64,000 nucleotides of DNA from a virus. Within the stretch, counting starts at the first letter, position 1. Each line of letters begins with the position of its first letter. The stretch is taken from the UHGV virus genome UHGV-1351982, one strand, 5' to 3'. Below the pieces are notes generated by a model. That model did no database searches, was not told the origin of the DNA, and saw only the letters and a list, made by a program, of their open reading frames with translations. This document shows, piece by piece, positions 46,483 through 57,708 of this stretch. The position numbers and the translations under genes are program-made.

Positions 46483-47831
46483 AGGTTGTTATATCTAATA
46501 AAGCCTATTTCAAGCCCGATGATGAACTCTGGGATTATTGTAGTAAGCAAACCACTTATCACATCGAGACAATGACTAGTAAATACCCTATTATGTATAA
46601 GAATAGTGGTGTTGTTGCTAAAGAGATTAAGTGGATTCCCCTTACGCGCCTGGATTTACTAGATGCTAAGGGAGTAAAATACGAATTAGTTGATAAACGC
46701 ACATTAGCTCCGGTAGAAATACCAGAACCTCAGTTCAAGCTACGTGAAGAAGATCAGCTTCCTATATATGAAGAGTGCGATGATACCTGTATTATTAATG
46801 GTAAGCCTGGATTTGGTAAAACTATCCTAGCTCTAGCTCTTGCATATAAGTTTGGCCAGAAAACTCTGGTAATCTGCACTAACACATCCATTCGTGAAAT
46901 GTGGGCTGCAGAAGTTCGTAAATGGTTTGGATTCGAGCCGGGTATTATAGGTTCTGGAAAGTATAACATTGATCCACCAATCGTGGTCAGTAATATACAA
47001 ACAGTGAACAAACATGCGAATAATCTTTCTAAGGTATTCGGTACTGTTATAGTTGATGAAGTTCACCACTGTGTAGCTACAACTTTCACTAATTTCCTAG
47101 AGATCTCATGTGCTCGCTACAAGATCGGTCTATCAGGTACATTAAAACGTAAAGATGGGCTACAAGTTATATTCAAAGATTTCTTTGGATATAAGATCTT
47201 TAGTCCCCCTGTTAATAACACTGTTCCACCCACAATCCATAGGTACTCCGTACCTGTCGAGTTATCAGGAAACCAGAACGTACCATGGGCACTACGTGCT
47301 AATGATGTATATAATCATCCTGAATATCGGGAAACTATTATAAACCTAGCACATTTATATGTGTCTATGGGGCATAAGGTTCTCTTTGTAAGTGATAGGA
47401 CGGAACTAATCCAAACAATATTAGAAGCTCTCGCACAACGTGGTGTTACAACCTATGAGATTATAGGTGCAACTCCTTTGGATGACCGATTGAGAATCCA
47501 GAAAGATGTAGCGGAGGGCGGACCCTGTGTGCTTGCAGCAGCTCAGAGTATCTTCTCAGAAGGTATTTCTCTTAACGAGCTGTCTTGTTTAATAATGGGA
47601 AGTCTCATTAATAATGAATCTCTCATAGAACAGTTAGCAGGCCGCGTTCAACGTATTGTTGACGGAAAGCTAGATCCGATTGTTGTAGATTTAATTATGA
47701 AAGGAGGTACTGGTTTAAGACAGGCTTCTGGACGTATGGCCGTGTATCGCAATAATGCATGGAAAACTATTACTATGACTCCGGAGAAAGCAGTACAATT
47801 AGCTAAAATTGCATTTGGCAACTGCTCATAA
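46479..47831 (+). CDS. SF2 DNA helicase (T5 D10-like)
   Basis: Walker A GKPGFGKT, DExH box VDEVHH, helicase C-terminal motifs. Confidence 0.6.
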   Translation: MKVVISNKAYFKPDDELWDYCSKQTTYHIETMTSKYPIMYKNSGVVAKEIKWIPLTRLDLLDAKGVKYELVDKRTLAPVEIPEPQFKLREEDQLPIYEECDDTCIINGKPGFGKTILALALAYKFGQKTLVICTNTSIREMWAAEVRKWFGFEPGIIGSGKYNIDPPIVVSNIQTVNKHANNLSKVFGTVIVDEVHHCVATTFTNFLEISCARYKIGLSGTLKRKDGLQVIFKDFFGYKIFSPPVNNTVPPTIHRYSVPVELSGNQNVPWALRANDVYNHPEYRETIINLAHLYVSMGHKVLFVSDRTELIQTILEALAQRGVTTYEIIGATPLDDRLRIQKDVAEGGPCVLAAAQSIFSEGISLNELSCLIMGSLINNESLIEQLAGRVQRIVDGKLDPIVVDLIMKGGTGLRQASGRMAVYRNNAWKTITMTPEKAVQLAKIAFGNCS

Positions 47832-47914
47832 TTATTGTATAATATACACATAAATTTGAGAGAGAAAGTTTCGGATTGATAAGAAAGTCCGAAGCAGAAA
47901 AATAAAAATTGTAC

Positions 47915-47943
47915 TTGTCAAATCCTCCCGATTTAATGTATAA
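47915..47943 (+). promoter_or_regulatory. sigma70-like early promoter
   Basis: ttgtca, 17 nt, tataat, leader ataaattgatgagag. Confidence 0.5.
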
Positions 47944-47971
47944 TATATACATAAATTGATGAGAGACAAAA

Positions 47972-48334
47972 ATGAAATTCTTTGATTACGAGAGAATTTA
48001 CCTCTTAGCTAGAGGAAACTCCGACCTGATTGTCAAGCTATTTAATAGAATGCTTGCAGAGCCTGATGCTCACCAGTTACTGGTCGGTTCTTCATTCATC
48101 TTGAATGAATCAACTATTGTTGATAACCCTTACAAATTGTCTAATAGACAACTGGCAGAATATCTAGGAATTCTAAGTCTACGAAATTATGCCGAATATA
48201 AGTTTACAAACGATCCGAGTTTGGACATGCAATATGTTCCCATATGGATACCACGTTCTGTAATCGACACTAACCCACTAATTGCAATCAATAAATCGAA
48301 GATAATCTTTAAAGAGGAAATAAAATATGGCTAA
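47972..48334 (+). CDS. hypothetical protein (120 aa)
   Basis: ORF with GAGAGA RBS. Confidence 0.5.
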   Translation: MKFFDYERIYLLARGNSDLIVKLFNRMLAEPDAHQLLVGSSFILNESTIVDNPYKLSNRQLAEYLGILSLRNYAEYKFTNDPSLDMQYVPIWIPRSVIDTNPLIAINKSKIIFKEEIKYG

Positions 48335-49100
48335 GTCTTGGGGCGAAACTACTGGCGGTTCTAACGATAAAATCGACTTCCTGAAATTCAACAACGGTGT
48401 AACTCGTGTTCGTATCGTTTCTGGTGTTCTTCCACGTTATGTCTACTGGCTGACTAACAAAGATGGTAATGCAGCTCCGTTTGAGTGCCTGCGTTTCAAC
48501 CGTACTAAAGAGAGCTTCGTTCGCGGTAAAGCTGACCCGATTCACGAAATGGGCTTCTTCGAGAAAGAGCTGGACAAAGATGGTAATCGTGTTCCGCTGA
48601 AACCGAAGAAAAACTACATCGCTTTCGTTATCGACCGTTCTGATAACAAACTGAAAGTTATGGAAGTTAAAGCTACTATCCTGAAAGGCATCCAGTCTAT
48701 CATGAAGCAGCTGAAACTGTCCGACCCGTTCGATATCGATATTTCTATCGAGAAGAAAGGTAAAGGCTTCGATACTGAGTACGATGTACAGCAGATCGCA
48801 GCAATGCAGTTCCAGATGGCTCTGAAAGATCCTACTAGCGCAGAAGCTAAACTGCACGCCGCAGATGCCGATATTCTCGGTGAAGCTATGTGTGATGATA
48901 CTGGTGAGTTCATCAAGTTTGAAAAAGTTCCTTCTCTGGAAGAAACCTACCCGGTTCCGTCCTACGAAGAGCAGAAAGAAGCTATTCTCGCCTTCATGGA
49001 AGGTCGTGAGAAGCAAGACGGCGGTGACGCTAAGTCTGGTGGTGATGCTGGTTCTCAGAAAGGCATCGACGCTGAAGCTGCTAGCGATCTGGACGACTAA
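48327..49100 (+). CDS. putative single-stranded DNA-binding protein
   Basis: 257 aa, host-optimal codons, acidic C-terminal tail (EAASDLDD) typical of SSBs; sits inside the replication module. Confidence 0.45.
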   Translation: MAKSWGETTGGSNDKIDFLKFNNGVTRVRIVSGVLPRYVYWLTNKDGNAAPFECLRFNRTKESFVRGKADPIHEMGFFEKELDKDGNRVPLKPKKNYIAFVIDRSDNKLKVMEVKATILKGIQSIMKQLKLSDPFDIDISIEKKGKGFDTEYDVQQIAAMQFQMALKDPTSAEAKLHAADADILGEAMCDDTGEFIKFEKVPSLEETYPVPSYEEQKEAILAFMEGREKQDGGDAKSGGDAGSQKGIDAEAASDLDD

Positions 49101-49105
49101 TAAAC

Positions 49106-49134
49106 CAAGGGGAGCTACGGCTCCCTTTCTTTTT
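49106..49134 (+). terminator. rho-independent terminator
   Basis: Hairpin gggagc-tac-ggctccc plus T-run. Confidence 0.55.
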
Positions 49135-49139
49135 AACTT

Positions 49140-50117
49140 ATGAGAATACTATTTAGTGCTGATCATCATATCAAATTAGGACAAGATAAAGTTCCAAAGG
49201 AATGGCAGAAGCGTCGCTTCCTGATGCTAGGAGAACGGTTAAATGACATATTCCATAATCATAACTGTGATCTGCATATTGCTGGTGGTGATATTCTTGA
49301 TGTTGCCGACCCATCGTCGGAAGAAATAGAACTTCTTGAACAGTTCATGTCAAGACTTGACCATTCAGGCAAGATCTTCACTGGGAACCATGAAATGTTA
49401 ACTAAAACTATTTCATGTCTGTATCATTATGCAGGAGTTATTAATAAAGTAACAAACGGAAATTGGGAAGTCATTACTAAACCATATCGTTCTCCTGAAT
49501 TTGATATTATCCCTTATGATGAAATCCACAAACCAAAGTGGAAACCATCTGAATCAAAACTATGTTTCACGCATGTTCGTGGTGAAATCCCTCCACATGT
49601 AAAACCAGAGATTGATCTAACGAGGTATAACTGTTATGACACTGTAATTGCTGGCGATTTACATTCTTATACTAATAGTCAAACTGTTGGTTCTACTAGA
49701 CTTCTTTATCCAGGATCTCCATTAACTACATCGTTCCATAGAGAAAGAACAAAAGGTACAAATGGTTGTTTTATCATTGATACCGACACATTAAAAGTAG
49801 AATGGATTGAACTTGGTGACTTACCACAACTGATTCGTAAAACAATCGGAGTTGGTGAGGAAATGGAGCCTAGTGACTATGACCGTGTAATTTATGAAGT
49901 CACTGGTGACGTCGTTCAGTTAAAGTCTATTAAAGATTCCGATCTCTTAGATAAAAAGATTAACCATCGAGTTACTAAAGATGCTAAGTTAAATCTTGTT
50001 GATCTTGATATGTTAGGCGAGCTTGAGCTTTACTTCCGTGAAGTTGAAAAGCTGTCTCAAGACGACATTGATAGAATCTTGGCTAGAGCTGCTAAATATG
50101 TCAAAGATTATAATTAA
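49140..50117 (+). CDS. SbcD/Mre11-like nuclease
   Basis: Calcineurin-like phosphoesterase start MRILFSADHH, later GNHE motif. Confidence 0.6.
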   Translation: MRILFSADHHIKLGQDKVPKEWQKRRFLMLGERLNDIFHNHNCDLHIAGGDILDVADPSSEEIELLEQFMSRLDHSGKIFTGNHEMLTKTISCLYHYAGVINKVTNGNWEVITKPYRSPEFDIIPYDEIHKPKWKPSESKLCFTHVRGEIPPHVKPEIDLTRYNCYDTVIAGDLHSYTNSQTVGSTRLLYPGSPLTTSFHRERTKGTNGCFIIDTDTLKVEWIELGDLPQLIRKTIGVGEEMEPSDYDRVIYEVTGDVVQLKSIKDSDLLDKKINHRVTKDAKLNLVDLDMLGELELYFREVEKLSQDDIDRILARAAKYVKDYN

Positions 50118-51936
50118 GACACTAAAATTCAGCAACGTTATGTCTTACGGTAAGGATATAGTAATTCATTTCGATAAGAATCCAGTTACTCAGTTAATCG
50201 GAGGAAACGGTCTAGGGAAGTCCACTATTGCTACTGTTATCGAGGAATTGTTCTATAACAAGAACTCACGTGGTATCAAGAAGGACGCCCTATTCTCTTG
50301 GGGTTCTCCGAAGAAAGAGTATGATATGCACGCTTACTTCTCGAAAGATGAAGATGAGTATGAGTTGCATAAAGTAGTTAAATCAACTGCTAAGGTTACA
50401 CTGATTAAGAATGGAGAAGATATCAGTGGACACACAGCAACTCAAACGTACAAGATGATTGAAGAGATTATGGGTGGTGACTTCCAAACATTCACTAAAC
50501 TGATCTATCAATCTGTTGGTTCCAATCTAGACTTCCTCAAAGCAACTGATGCAACACGTAAAGCTTTTCTTGTTAATCTGTTCAATCAGGAACAGTATAA
50601 AGAGATGTCAGAAACTATTAAGGCTGATCGTAAAGAAGTGGCAAGTACGTTAAGTAACTTGCAAGGCCAGATGGCCGTAATTACGAAGATCCTCAACGGA
50701 AAAGGCAATCTCGGAAGTTTACAAGAGCCAGTTGAAGTTCCAGAGTTTGATGAAGAACCATTAGCACAAGAACTTACTGAATCGAAAATTAAGGCGGCAT
50801 TAGCCAAGTCACAAGAGGCTAATATTACTAAACTCCGTAATTTGGACAAAGCTGTACAAGTTGCCGAACAATCTTTCGAGCCTTTCAAAAATTTCCCTGC
50901 GCCCACTGACCAATCTGAAGAGATCTCAAGTGTTACGCGTGACCTAACGATTGTTACCTCACGTGCGGGAGAAGTCAAGAAACGTTATCAGAAGTTTAAG
51001 CAAGAGGCTTCAAATACTGAATGTCCTACTTGTGGTACGCATCTTGATACAACTGCTGCTCAAAAAGCAATGGATATGGCTAGAACAGAATATGATCCTC
51101 TGTTTAAAGAGAAACAATCTCTTGAAGCTACATTGGAGCAGTTAAAGAAAGAACAACTCGAGTACACTGCGTATACTAGAGCTAAAGATACTTTGGATAG
51201 GGCAGTAGCAGCTAGAGACGAGTTCAAAAATTCAATGAGTGATGCTTCTTTTGAAGAACTCAATGTGCAAATCCTACAGGTGCAAATCCGACAATTAGAA
51301 CAGGAAATCGCAGATGGACGTTCTAAAGTTGCAATTGCCAAAGAGCATAATGCAAATGTCGAATTAGCCAATGCAAAATATAAGGCGAAATTAGAACAGA
51401 TTGAGAAAGCTGAGGCAGAAATGTCTGAGATAACGTCCAAACTGGATGGAGTATCAGAAGCTGTTGCTGATCTTGATATTCTGATCACTGCATTGAAAAA
51501 TCTGGTAGGATATAAATTAGAGCATAGTGTGAAAGTATTTGAGGAATTGATTAATAAATATCTTTCTATTATGACTGGTGGTAAGTTCGCACTTGGATTT
51601 GAGCTTGATGAAACGAAATTACAAGTAGTAATCTTCAATGATGGGAACCGTACCAGTATGGAGAACTGCTCTACTGGTCAGCAAAGTAGAATTAACCTAG
51701 CAACTCTGTTAGCTATTCGAATGCTGTTAACATCTATTAGTAAAGTTAATATTAATCTTCTGTTCCTTGACGAAGTTATTAGCTTTATTGATACGAAAGG
51801 ACTTGATACTCTCGTTGAATTATTAAATGAGGAAGATAGTCTGAATTCTATCATTGTTTCTCATGGGCATACGCATCCATTAGCCCATAAGATTACTGTC
51901 AAAAAAGATGCAGAAGGATTTTCCTACTTAGAATAA
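50098..51936 (+). CDS. SbcC/Rad50-like ATPase
   Basis: Walker A GGNGLGKST, long central coiled coil, C-terminal signature/Walker B region (LFLDEVISF). Confidence 0.6.
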   Translation: MSKIIIKTLKFSNVMSYGKDIVIHFDKNPVTQLIGGNGLGKSTIATVIEELFYNKNSRGIKKDALFSWGSPKKEYDMHAYFSKDEDEYELHKVVKSTAKVTLIKNGEDISGHTATQTYKMIEEIMGGDFQTFTKLIYQSVGSNLDFLKATDATRKAFLVNLFNQEQYKEMSETIKADRKEVASTLSNLQGQMAVITKILNGKGNLGSLQEPVEVPEFDEEPLAQELTESKIKAALAKSQEANITKLRNLDKAVQVAEQSFEPFKNFPAPTDQSEEISSVTRDLTIVTSRAGEVKKRYQKFKQEASNTECPTCGTHLDTTAAQKAMDMARTEYDPLFKEKQSLEATLEQLKKEQLEYTAYTRAKDTLDRAVAARDEFKNSMSDASFEELNVQILQVQIRQLEQEIADGRSKVAIAKEHNANVELANAKYKAKLEQIEKAEAEMSEITSKLDGVSEAVADLDILITALKNLVGYKLEHSVKVFEELINKYLSIMTGGKFALGFELDETKLQVVIFNDGNRTSMENCSTGQQSRINLATLLAIRMLLTSISKVNINLLFLDEVISFIDTKGLDTLVELLNEEDSLNSIIVSHGHTHPLAHKITVKKDAEGFSYLE

Positions 51937-51939
51937 AAC

Positions 51940-52422
51940 ATGGCCGTAGATAGTAGAGAGAAAGGTAAACGTGGGGAATATCAGGTAAGAGATATACTAC
52001 GTGAACGTACAGGTCTTGAGTGGGAACGTGTTCCAGGCTCTGGTGCTTTTGGCCAGAGCCATGGACTGAAGGGCGACATCTACCTTCCACCACAAAGCGG
52101 ACACATTAGTAAATACTGCTTCGAAGTTAAGTGGTATAAAGATGATAACATATCAAGTAATTTATTTAACGTTGGTGAATCCACTCTAGAGAAGTGGTGG
52201 CAGCAGTGTTCCCGTGAGGGTGAACAGATGAACTCCAAACCAGCCTTAATATTCAAGAAAGACAGAGGACAGTGGTTAATTGCTTTGGATAGCTCAGACC
52301 CGATGGTAGACAACTTAATGAGTCGTACCCATATGGTGTTAAATAAGAAAGACATGGAAATCGTAATCGGGTTATTCGAACCGTGGTTACATCACGCATC
52401 TGTTGAGGACTTAATTAAATAA
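51940..52422 (+). CDS. putative PD-(D/E)xK nuclease / Holliday junction resolvase-like protein
   Basis: 160 aa; GDIYL ... FEVKW matches a D ... E-x-K arrangement. Confidence 0.4.
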   Translation: MAVDSREKGKRGEYQVRDILRERTGLEWERVPGSGAFGQSHGLKGDIYLPPQSGHISKYCFEVKWYKDDNISSNLFNVGESTLEKWWQQCSREGEQMNSKPALIFKKDRGQWLIALDSSDPMVDNLMSRTHMVLNKKDMEIVIGLFEPWLHHASVEDLIK

Positions 52423-53297
52423 TGAGTAAATCCTGGGGAAAATTTATTGAAGAGGAAGAAGCTGAGCTGGCTTCTCGTCGCAACCTAATGATTGTTGATG
52501 GAACTAACTTAGGCTTCCGCTTCAAACATAATAATAGTAAGAAACCATTCGCATCAAGTTATGTTTCTACAATTCAATCTCTGGCAAAATCCTATTCAGC
52601 TAGAACTACAATAGTTCTCGGTGATAAAGGAAAGTCTGTATTCCGTTTAGAGCATCTCCCTGATTATAAAGGGAACCGTGACGAAAAGTATGCACAACGT
52701 ACAGAAGAAGAAAAAGCACTAGATGAACAGTTCTTTGAATATCTTCGTGATGCTTTCGAATTATGTGAAACCACATTCCCGACCTTTACTATTCGTGGTG
52801 TAGAAGCAGACGATATGGCAGCTTATATTGTTAAGCTCATTGGTCATTTATATGATCACGTTTGGCTGATCTCTACTGATGGTGACTGGGATACCCTATT
52901 AACTGATCGAGTTTCTCGCTTCTCCTTCACCACACGTCGTGAGTACCATCTTCGTGATATGTATGAACACCATAACGTTGATGATGTTGATCAGTTTATC
53001 TCCCTGAAAGCAATCATGGGGGATCTCGGTGATAACATTCGCGGCGTTGAAGGCATTGGTGCAAAACGTGGTTATAACATTATCCGTGAATTTGGTAATG
53101 TTCTGGATATTATTGATCAACTCCCTCTGCCTGGGAAACAGAAGTATATACAGAATCTGAACGCATCGGAGGAGTTGCTTTTCCGAAACTTGATTCTGGT
53201 TGATTTACCGACCTATTGTGTAGATGCTATTGCTGCTGTGGGTCAAGACGTATTAGATAAGTTTACGAGAGATATTTTGGAGATCGCAGGACAATGA
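52422..53297 (+). CDS. flap endonuclease / 5'-3' exonuclease
   Basis: N-terminal LMIVDGTNLGFR and acidic metal-binding clusters; H3TH-like C-terminal region. Confidence 0.65.
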   Translation: MSKSWGKFIEEEEAELASRRNLMIVDGTNLGFRFKHNNSKKPFASSYVSTIQSLAKSYSARTTIVLGDKGKSVFRLEHLPDYKGNRDEKYAQRTEEEKALDEQFFEYLRDAFELCETTFPTFTIRGVEADDMAAYIVKLIGHLYDHVWLISTDGDWDTLLTDRVSRFSFTTRREYHLRDMYEHHNVDDVDQFISLKAIMGDLGDNIRGVEGIGAKRGYNIIREFGNVLDIIDQLPLPGKQKYIQNLNASEELLFRNLILVDLPTYCVDAIAAVGQDVLDKFTRDILEIAGQ

Positions 53298-53740
53298 TTA
53301 AAATTAAACTAACTCATCCAGATTGCATGCCAAAGATTGGCTCTGATGATGCCGCAGGTATGGATCTGCGTGCGTTCTTCGGCACTAACCTTGCAGCAGA
53401 TTTACGTGCTATTGCACCAGGCAAATCCCTTATGATTGACACCGGTGTTGCGGTGGAAATTCCGCGAGGTTGGTTTGGTTTGGTAGTTCCTCGCAGCTCT
53501 TTAGGTAAGCGTAAACTGATGATCGCAAATACCGCAGGAGTGATCGACTCAGACTACCGTGGTACTATTAAGATGAACCTTTATAACTACGGTTCTGAAA
53601 TGCAAACTCTGGAGAATTTCGAGAGACTTTGTCAGCTAGTAGTACTACCACACTACTCAACTCATCATTTTGAAATCGTTGACGAACTAGAGGAGACTGA
53701 TCGTGGAGAAGGCGGCTTTGGAAGCTCAGGAAGTAAATAA
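53294..53740 (+). CDS. dut: dUTP pyrophosphatase
   Basis: dUTPase motifs AAGMDLRA, PRSS, GVIDSDYRG. Confidence 0.7.
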   Translation: MIKIKLTHPDCMPKIGSDDAAGMDLRAFFGTNLAADLRAIAPGKSLMIDTGVAVEIPRGWFGLVVPRSSLGKRKLMIANTAGVIDSDYRGTIKMNLYNYGSEMQTLENFERLCQLVVLPHYSTHHFEIVDELEETDRGEGGFGSSGSK

Positions 53741-53972
53741 TTATAACTATTCAGATCCTAATATGGTAGGCAATTTTGAGCAGTCAAATACTTATCATGT
53801 TGCAGTTGCTGAACCTAACCTGAATAATGTAGTTCTTAAGGTAGATCGTGAAGGTAACGTAATCCATTGGGATGAAGAAGCTTTTGTCGAATTATGTAGT
53901 AAGTCTGATGATCCTACACTTAGAACTATGTTGGCAGTGTTTAACTTAGGTATTATTGCTGGAAGCAGATAA
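53703..53972 (+). CDS. hypothetical protein; start uncertain (GTG at 53703 or ATG at 53763)
   Basis: ORF overlapping the dut 3' end. Confidence 0.4.
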   Translation: MEKAALEAQEVNNYNYSDPNMVGNFEQSNTYHVAVAEPNLNNVVLKVDREGNVIHWDEEAFVELCSKSDDPTLRTMLAVFNLGIIAGSR

Positions 53973-53977
53973 TAATA

Positions 53978-54007
53978 AACCCCAGTGGATTTCCACTGGG
54001 GTTTTCT
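53978..54007. terminator. bidirectional rho-independent terminator between convergent early and tail genes
   Basis: Hairpin ccccagtgg-attt-ccactgggg flanked by A-run on one side and T-run on the other. Confidence 0.6.
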
Positions 54008-54008
54008 T

Positions 54009-55223
54009 TTACTTATCAAGTAATTGTTTTACCAATTTCTTAAGTTCATCAATTTCTTGCTGTTGCTTTTCAACAACTTCATTAAGTTCATTAAAAGCAT
54101 TAACTAGGAGAGCGGTAACACCGCTATAACTTACACCTAAATACTCGCTGTTAGAGATTTTATAAACAGCCTCCGGCAAAACTGCCTGTACATCCTGAGC
54201 TATTACACTTGCTTCCTCAGAATAAATAGAGTGTTCATCTTCATCAAGATTATTACGTTTAAAATAAGTATAACCCTTAATAGATTTAACTTTCTCTCTT
54301 GCTGTTTTAATCTCTTTTAAATTGGCTTTTAATCTAATATCAGAAGTGCTAACCCATTGAACGCAAGACGCATATCCAGCATCATTAAATGTGTAGATTG
54401 CACCTTTTATGTTAAAATGAGCCTCACAACCCCCGGCACTATATCTAACAACATCAAGGCCAGCAGCCCAGTCACCACCCCATCTAACTACTTTAAACAC
54501 GTTTGAGGCAGCATCATCACCTGGTAATTCAACAAGAAGGCCACAAGCGCGATCGGCTTCAGCCTTAGCACGATTTGCCTCAGTAGTAGCATCTACAGCC
54601 TTATCTCCTGCTTCTACAGCAGAACCAGCCGCATTAGTTTCTGATTCTTTAGCATTTAATTCTGATTGTTTAGCGGAAGCAGCATGTTCTCCAGCAGTTG
54701 TAGCAGCAGCTTCTGCACCTGCTTTTGCTGTTTCAGCACCAGTCTTAGCAGTTTCTGCAGCTGTCTGAGCTTGTTGAGCCGCAGTTTTAGCTTGTTCGGC
54801 AAGTCTACGACTGGTCTCCGCATTTTGAGCAGCTAATTCAGCAGAATTCCTGAATCCTTTAGATTCTTCCGCCGATGTAGCGGATGCTTCAGCACTCTTT
54901 TGTGACAGACCAGCTTGTCTCTCAGCTTCCGCGGCAGATGCCGCAGATTGAGTTGCAGATGTTTCAGAAGAAGTAGCATAAATTGCAGCTAGGTTCTCCG
55001 AGTCCTTAGCATTTGTTTCAGATTCTTTTGCTGCAATCTCAGAATCTTTTGCTGCCGCAGCAGAAGAAGCAGAGGCTTCTACAGCAGCAGTTAATTCACC
55101 AGCAGTAATAGAACTAATAGAATTACCTAAAACTACTGTATATTTAGGATACTTACTAGCAGTAGTTGTAGTGTCATCTATATTCAGAATCTGCTGTACA
55201 ATAATTTTAGTTTTAAGTGCCAT
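54009..55223 (-). CDS. tail fibre protein with C-terminal intramolecular chaperone (peptidase S74-like) domain
   Basis: Ala-rich coiled-coil body; C-terminus SDIRLKANLKEI ... GYTYF ... ASVIAQDVQAVLPEAV resembles the S74 chaperone domain. Confidence 0.55.
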   Translation of the reverse strand: MALKTKIIVQQILNIDDTTTTASKYPKYTVVLGNSISSITAGELTAAVEASASSAAAAKDSEIAAKESETNAKDSENLAAIYATSSETSATQSAASAAEAERQAGLSQKSAEASATSAEESKGFRNSAELAAQNAETSRRLAEQAKTAAQQAQTAAETAKTGAETAKAGAEAAATTAGEHAASAKQSELNAKESETNAAGSAVEAGDKAVDATTEANRAKAEADRACGLLVELPGDDAASNVFKVVRWGGDWAAGLDVVRYSAGGCEAHFNIKGAIYTFNDAGYASCVQWVSTSDIRLKANLKEIKTAREKVKSIKGYTYFKRNNLDEDEHSIYSEEASVIAQDVQAVLPEAVYKISNSEYLGVSYSGVTALLVNAFNELNEVVEKQQQEIDELKKLVKQLLDK

Positions 55224-55645
55224 TATTGAGTTACTCCATCGCTGATGTATACTTTACCTTCCATAATACGGAAAGAACTGACTTCAGAGCCAATTACATC
55301 ACGAGTCATTAGGATATCATAATAACCAGCAAAACGTTGTCTTGGGTTATACTTATCACGTTCTTTAGATGCTTTTTCACCAATATTAGTAACGTCTGCA
55401 ACGGAAAGACTAATTGCAGCAGCACCTTGAGCAGCATCAATAACACGAGTTTTAAAGTTAGCTAGAACCTCGGCGTTCTCATCTAAACTAGATTTAATAG
55501 TTCCTCGGAGTGAATATCCGGTTAAGTTAACAGGAACTTCTGTTGGTGGATATACACTGTCATCAACATCCATAAACTGCATGATAAGACCATAAGGTAC
55601 TTTCTCATCAACAACAATATCAATAACTCGGTTTTCTGTACTCAT
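55223..55645 (-). CDS. tail structural protein (140 aa)
   Basis: AAGGTA RBS; TAATG coupling to the fibre gene. Confidence 0.45.
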   Translation of the reverse strand: MSTENRVIDIVVDEKVPYGLIMQFMDVDDSVYPPTEVPVNLTGYSLRGTIKSSLDENAEVLANFKTRVIDAAQGAAAISLSVADVTNIGEKASKERDKYNPRQRFAGYYDILMTRDVIGSEVSSFRIMEGKVYISDGVTQ

Positions 55646-55650
55646 TATAA

Positions 55651-57708
55651 TTACCTTATATGGATATACCCACTATTTAGGTCTATCTTCATCTTGTAGT
55701 ATGCTTCAGGGTTCCCTGATAACGCAGCATTTCTATCATAGATTATATTAACACCGATTTGTGATAAGAAGGCATTTCCTGCCACAATCTTATCCGCAGT
55801 AACAGTTCCATTAACAATCATATTGCCATGAAGAACCATTGCAGGGTTAATCCATCCAGCTCCGTTCCATTGACGGGTAAATGCTGTTTGTGGAGCATTA
55901 CTGTTAAATTGTGTTAGAACATCGTATTTAACCGGAGGTTTTCCAAAGTTATTTTGAAAGAATGCGTTAGCTTGTCCATCATCCCAACCGCCTAATCCAG
56001 GAATACCCATGGAGTACATCCCAGGACCACGCTGTCCATCATGTCCTATAGTACCTTCAGTACCACTCCATTGAACTACATCAGACCAGCTAGTACCTTC
56101 AAGAAGTTTGTCAGTAACTGGATCAAGTGTACCTGTAGTCGCATAGATATTTTGTGTCATATCTGTACGGTTAGGTGGAGTTTTTGACCAACCAGGAGGT
56201 GGATAATCTTGTTCTAACGGTTTGGCCGGTAAAGATGTTGCTAACTTATAAACAAATACTATTTGCTTACCTTGTAAACCAGTTCCAATATCTACGTCAC
56301 CATTTGGTGTTCCAATTACTACACCACTAGAAATACGCAGAGTAGTACCATCATAACGTATCCATTGTGTAGCATTACCAATGTCTAACTTAGCTTTGGC
56401 AGAGGTATTATCCATACCCATCCAAATACCAGAGTTATTATCCCCCCAGGATTTACCTTGAGTGTAAATTGCTGGGTTATCTTTACCAGACAAGTTAGTC
56501 ATGATAAAGTTCGCAGCATTAATATCTCTAGTAATTACTTTACCATCAACGTTAACAACACGGTTTATAGGGTCAAAAGAAATAGGTGCTTTACCTTCTT
56601 CATCTAGCAGACCAATGTTAATAGCACCAGTAGCTGCATCAATTAGGAATGTTTGTCTCCAGATTTCCCCATCTTTCATACTACCCTTAATAAAGGCATA
56701 GTTAACATCAATACCCGTCTCATTGACAAAACTATTATCTAGAGGAGTATCTTCATTCAGAATAAATGTTACAGGAGATGACTCTGTTATATCTTGTTTG
56801 TTTGGTCCCCAGGCAATTGATGAAACCTTAAAGGTATGTTCAACTTTCCATGGGAATGATATAATCGTTGCAGCTCTGGCAGCACCCACGTTTATCTTTT
56901 GAGCTTTAGCCCATCCGGTTTTAGCGTATTCCTCGGAGTTTATGTAAGTAACCAAGAATTCACGAACGTTAGCACCAGCACCACGTTCCCAGTCCCACTC
57001 AATTCTAACATCATATCGTTCTTTACCATCAGCAATTCGTGCAGCTTTAAAAACAATATCGATAGGTGCAGTAGGAGGAACAAAATTATAAGCTACAGTT
57101 AGAATATTAGGGAACTCATAGTACCCAGAAGAATCAACTGTAACACCATCAGGCATAGTTACTTGACCAGATATTCTGATCTTATAATCTCCGATAGGAA
57201 CTCCACCAAATTTAATAGTAGAACCTAAAGCCCCAATATAATATTTAGTCCATGGACTGTCTTCAGTGGCTGTACTTTTTAACTCAATAGTACAGTAGCT
57301 TGCTTCACCAGTTGTTTCCACAACAACTATTGGTGCGCCCACCCCAACATCCACAGGTTCTGACTCAGATCTTGCTGCAACAATTATTGGCTTCTCTTTT
57401 GTTTTAAAGTTAGTTTCATTAGAGAGGTTAATACCAATTTTTGCATTTAAAAGTTCTGAGTCAATAATTGAGTCATAAAAAGCTCCCTGAACCTGATAGG
57501 TAGTTGAGGGAGTTAAGTTATTGATCATAACAAAGAAAGTGTCGATTCCAGTGAAATCTCTCCTATCCACTTCTTCGCCAAGTTTAAGCCAGAATGATCT
57601 ACCGATAACATCGTAGTCGGTATAGATAGAATGCTGGATATACGCCATAGTATATCCAGTCATAATACTATTTAAGACCATCTTGGCTGGTGCATTATTC
57701 GAAATCAT
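55651..57708 (-). CDS. tail baseplate protein, T5 pb4-like
   Basis: 685 aa Gly/Thr/Asn-rich structural protein in the pb2-pb9-pb3-pb4 gene order. Confidence 0.5.
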   Translation of the reverse strand: MISNNAPAKMVLNSIMTGYTMAYIQHSIYTDYDVIGRSFWLKLGEEVDRRDFTGIDTFFVMINNLTPSTTYQVQGAFYDSIIDSELLNAKIGINLSNETNFKTKEKPIIVAARSESEPVDVGVGAPIVVVETTGEASYCTIELKSTATEDSPWTKYYIGALGSTIKFGGVPIGDYKIRISGQVTMPDGVTVDSSGYYEFPNILTVAYNFVPPTAPIDIVFKAARIADGKERYDVRIEWDWERGAGANVREFLVTYINSEEYAKTGWAKAQKINVGAARAATIISFPWKVEHTFKVSSIAWGPNKQDITESSPVTFILNEDTPLDNSFVNETGIDVNYAFIKGSMKDGEIWRQTFLIDAATGAINIGLLDEEGKAPISFDPINRVVNVDGKVITRDINAANFIMTNLSGKDNPAIYTQGKSWGDNNSGIWMGMDNTSAKAKLDIGNATQWIRYDGTTLRISSGVVIGTPNGDVDIGTGLQGKQIVFVYKLATSLPAKPLEQDYPPPGWSKTPPNRTDMTQNIYATTGTLDPVTDKLLEGTSWSDVVQWSGTEGTIGHDGQRGPGMYSMGIPGLGGWDDGQANAFFQNNFGKPPVKYDVLTQFNSNAPQTAFTRQWNGAGWINPAMVLHGNMIVNGTVTADKIVAGNAFLSQIGVNIIYDRNAALSGNPEAYYKMKIDLNSGYIHIR

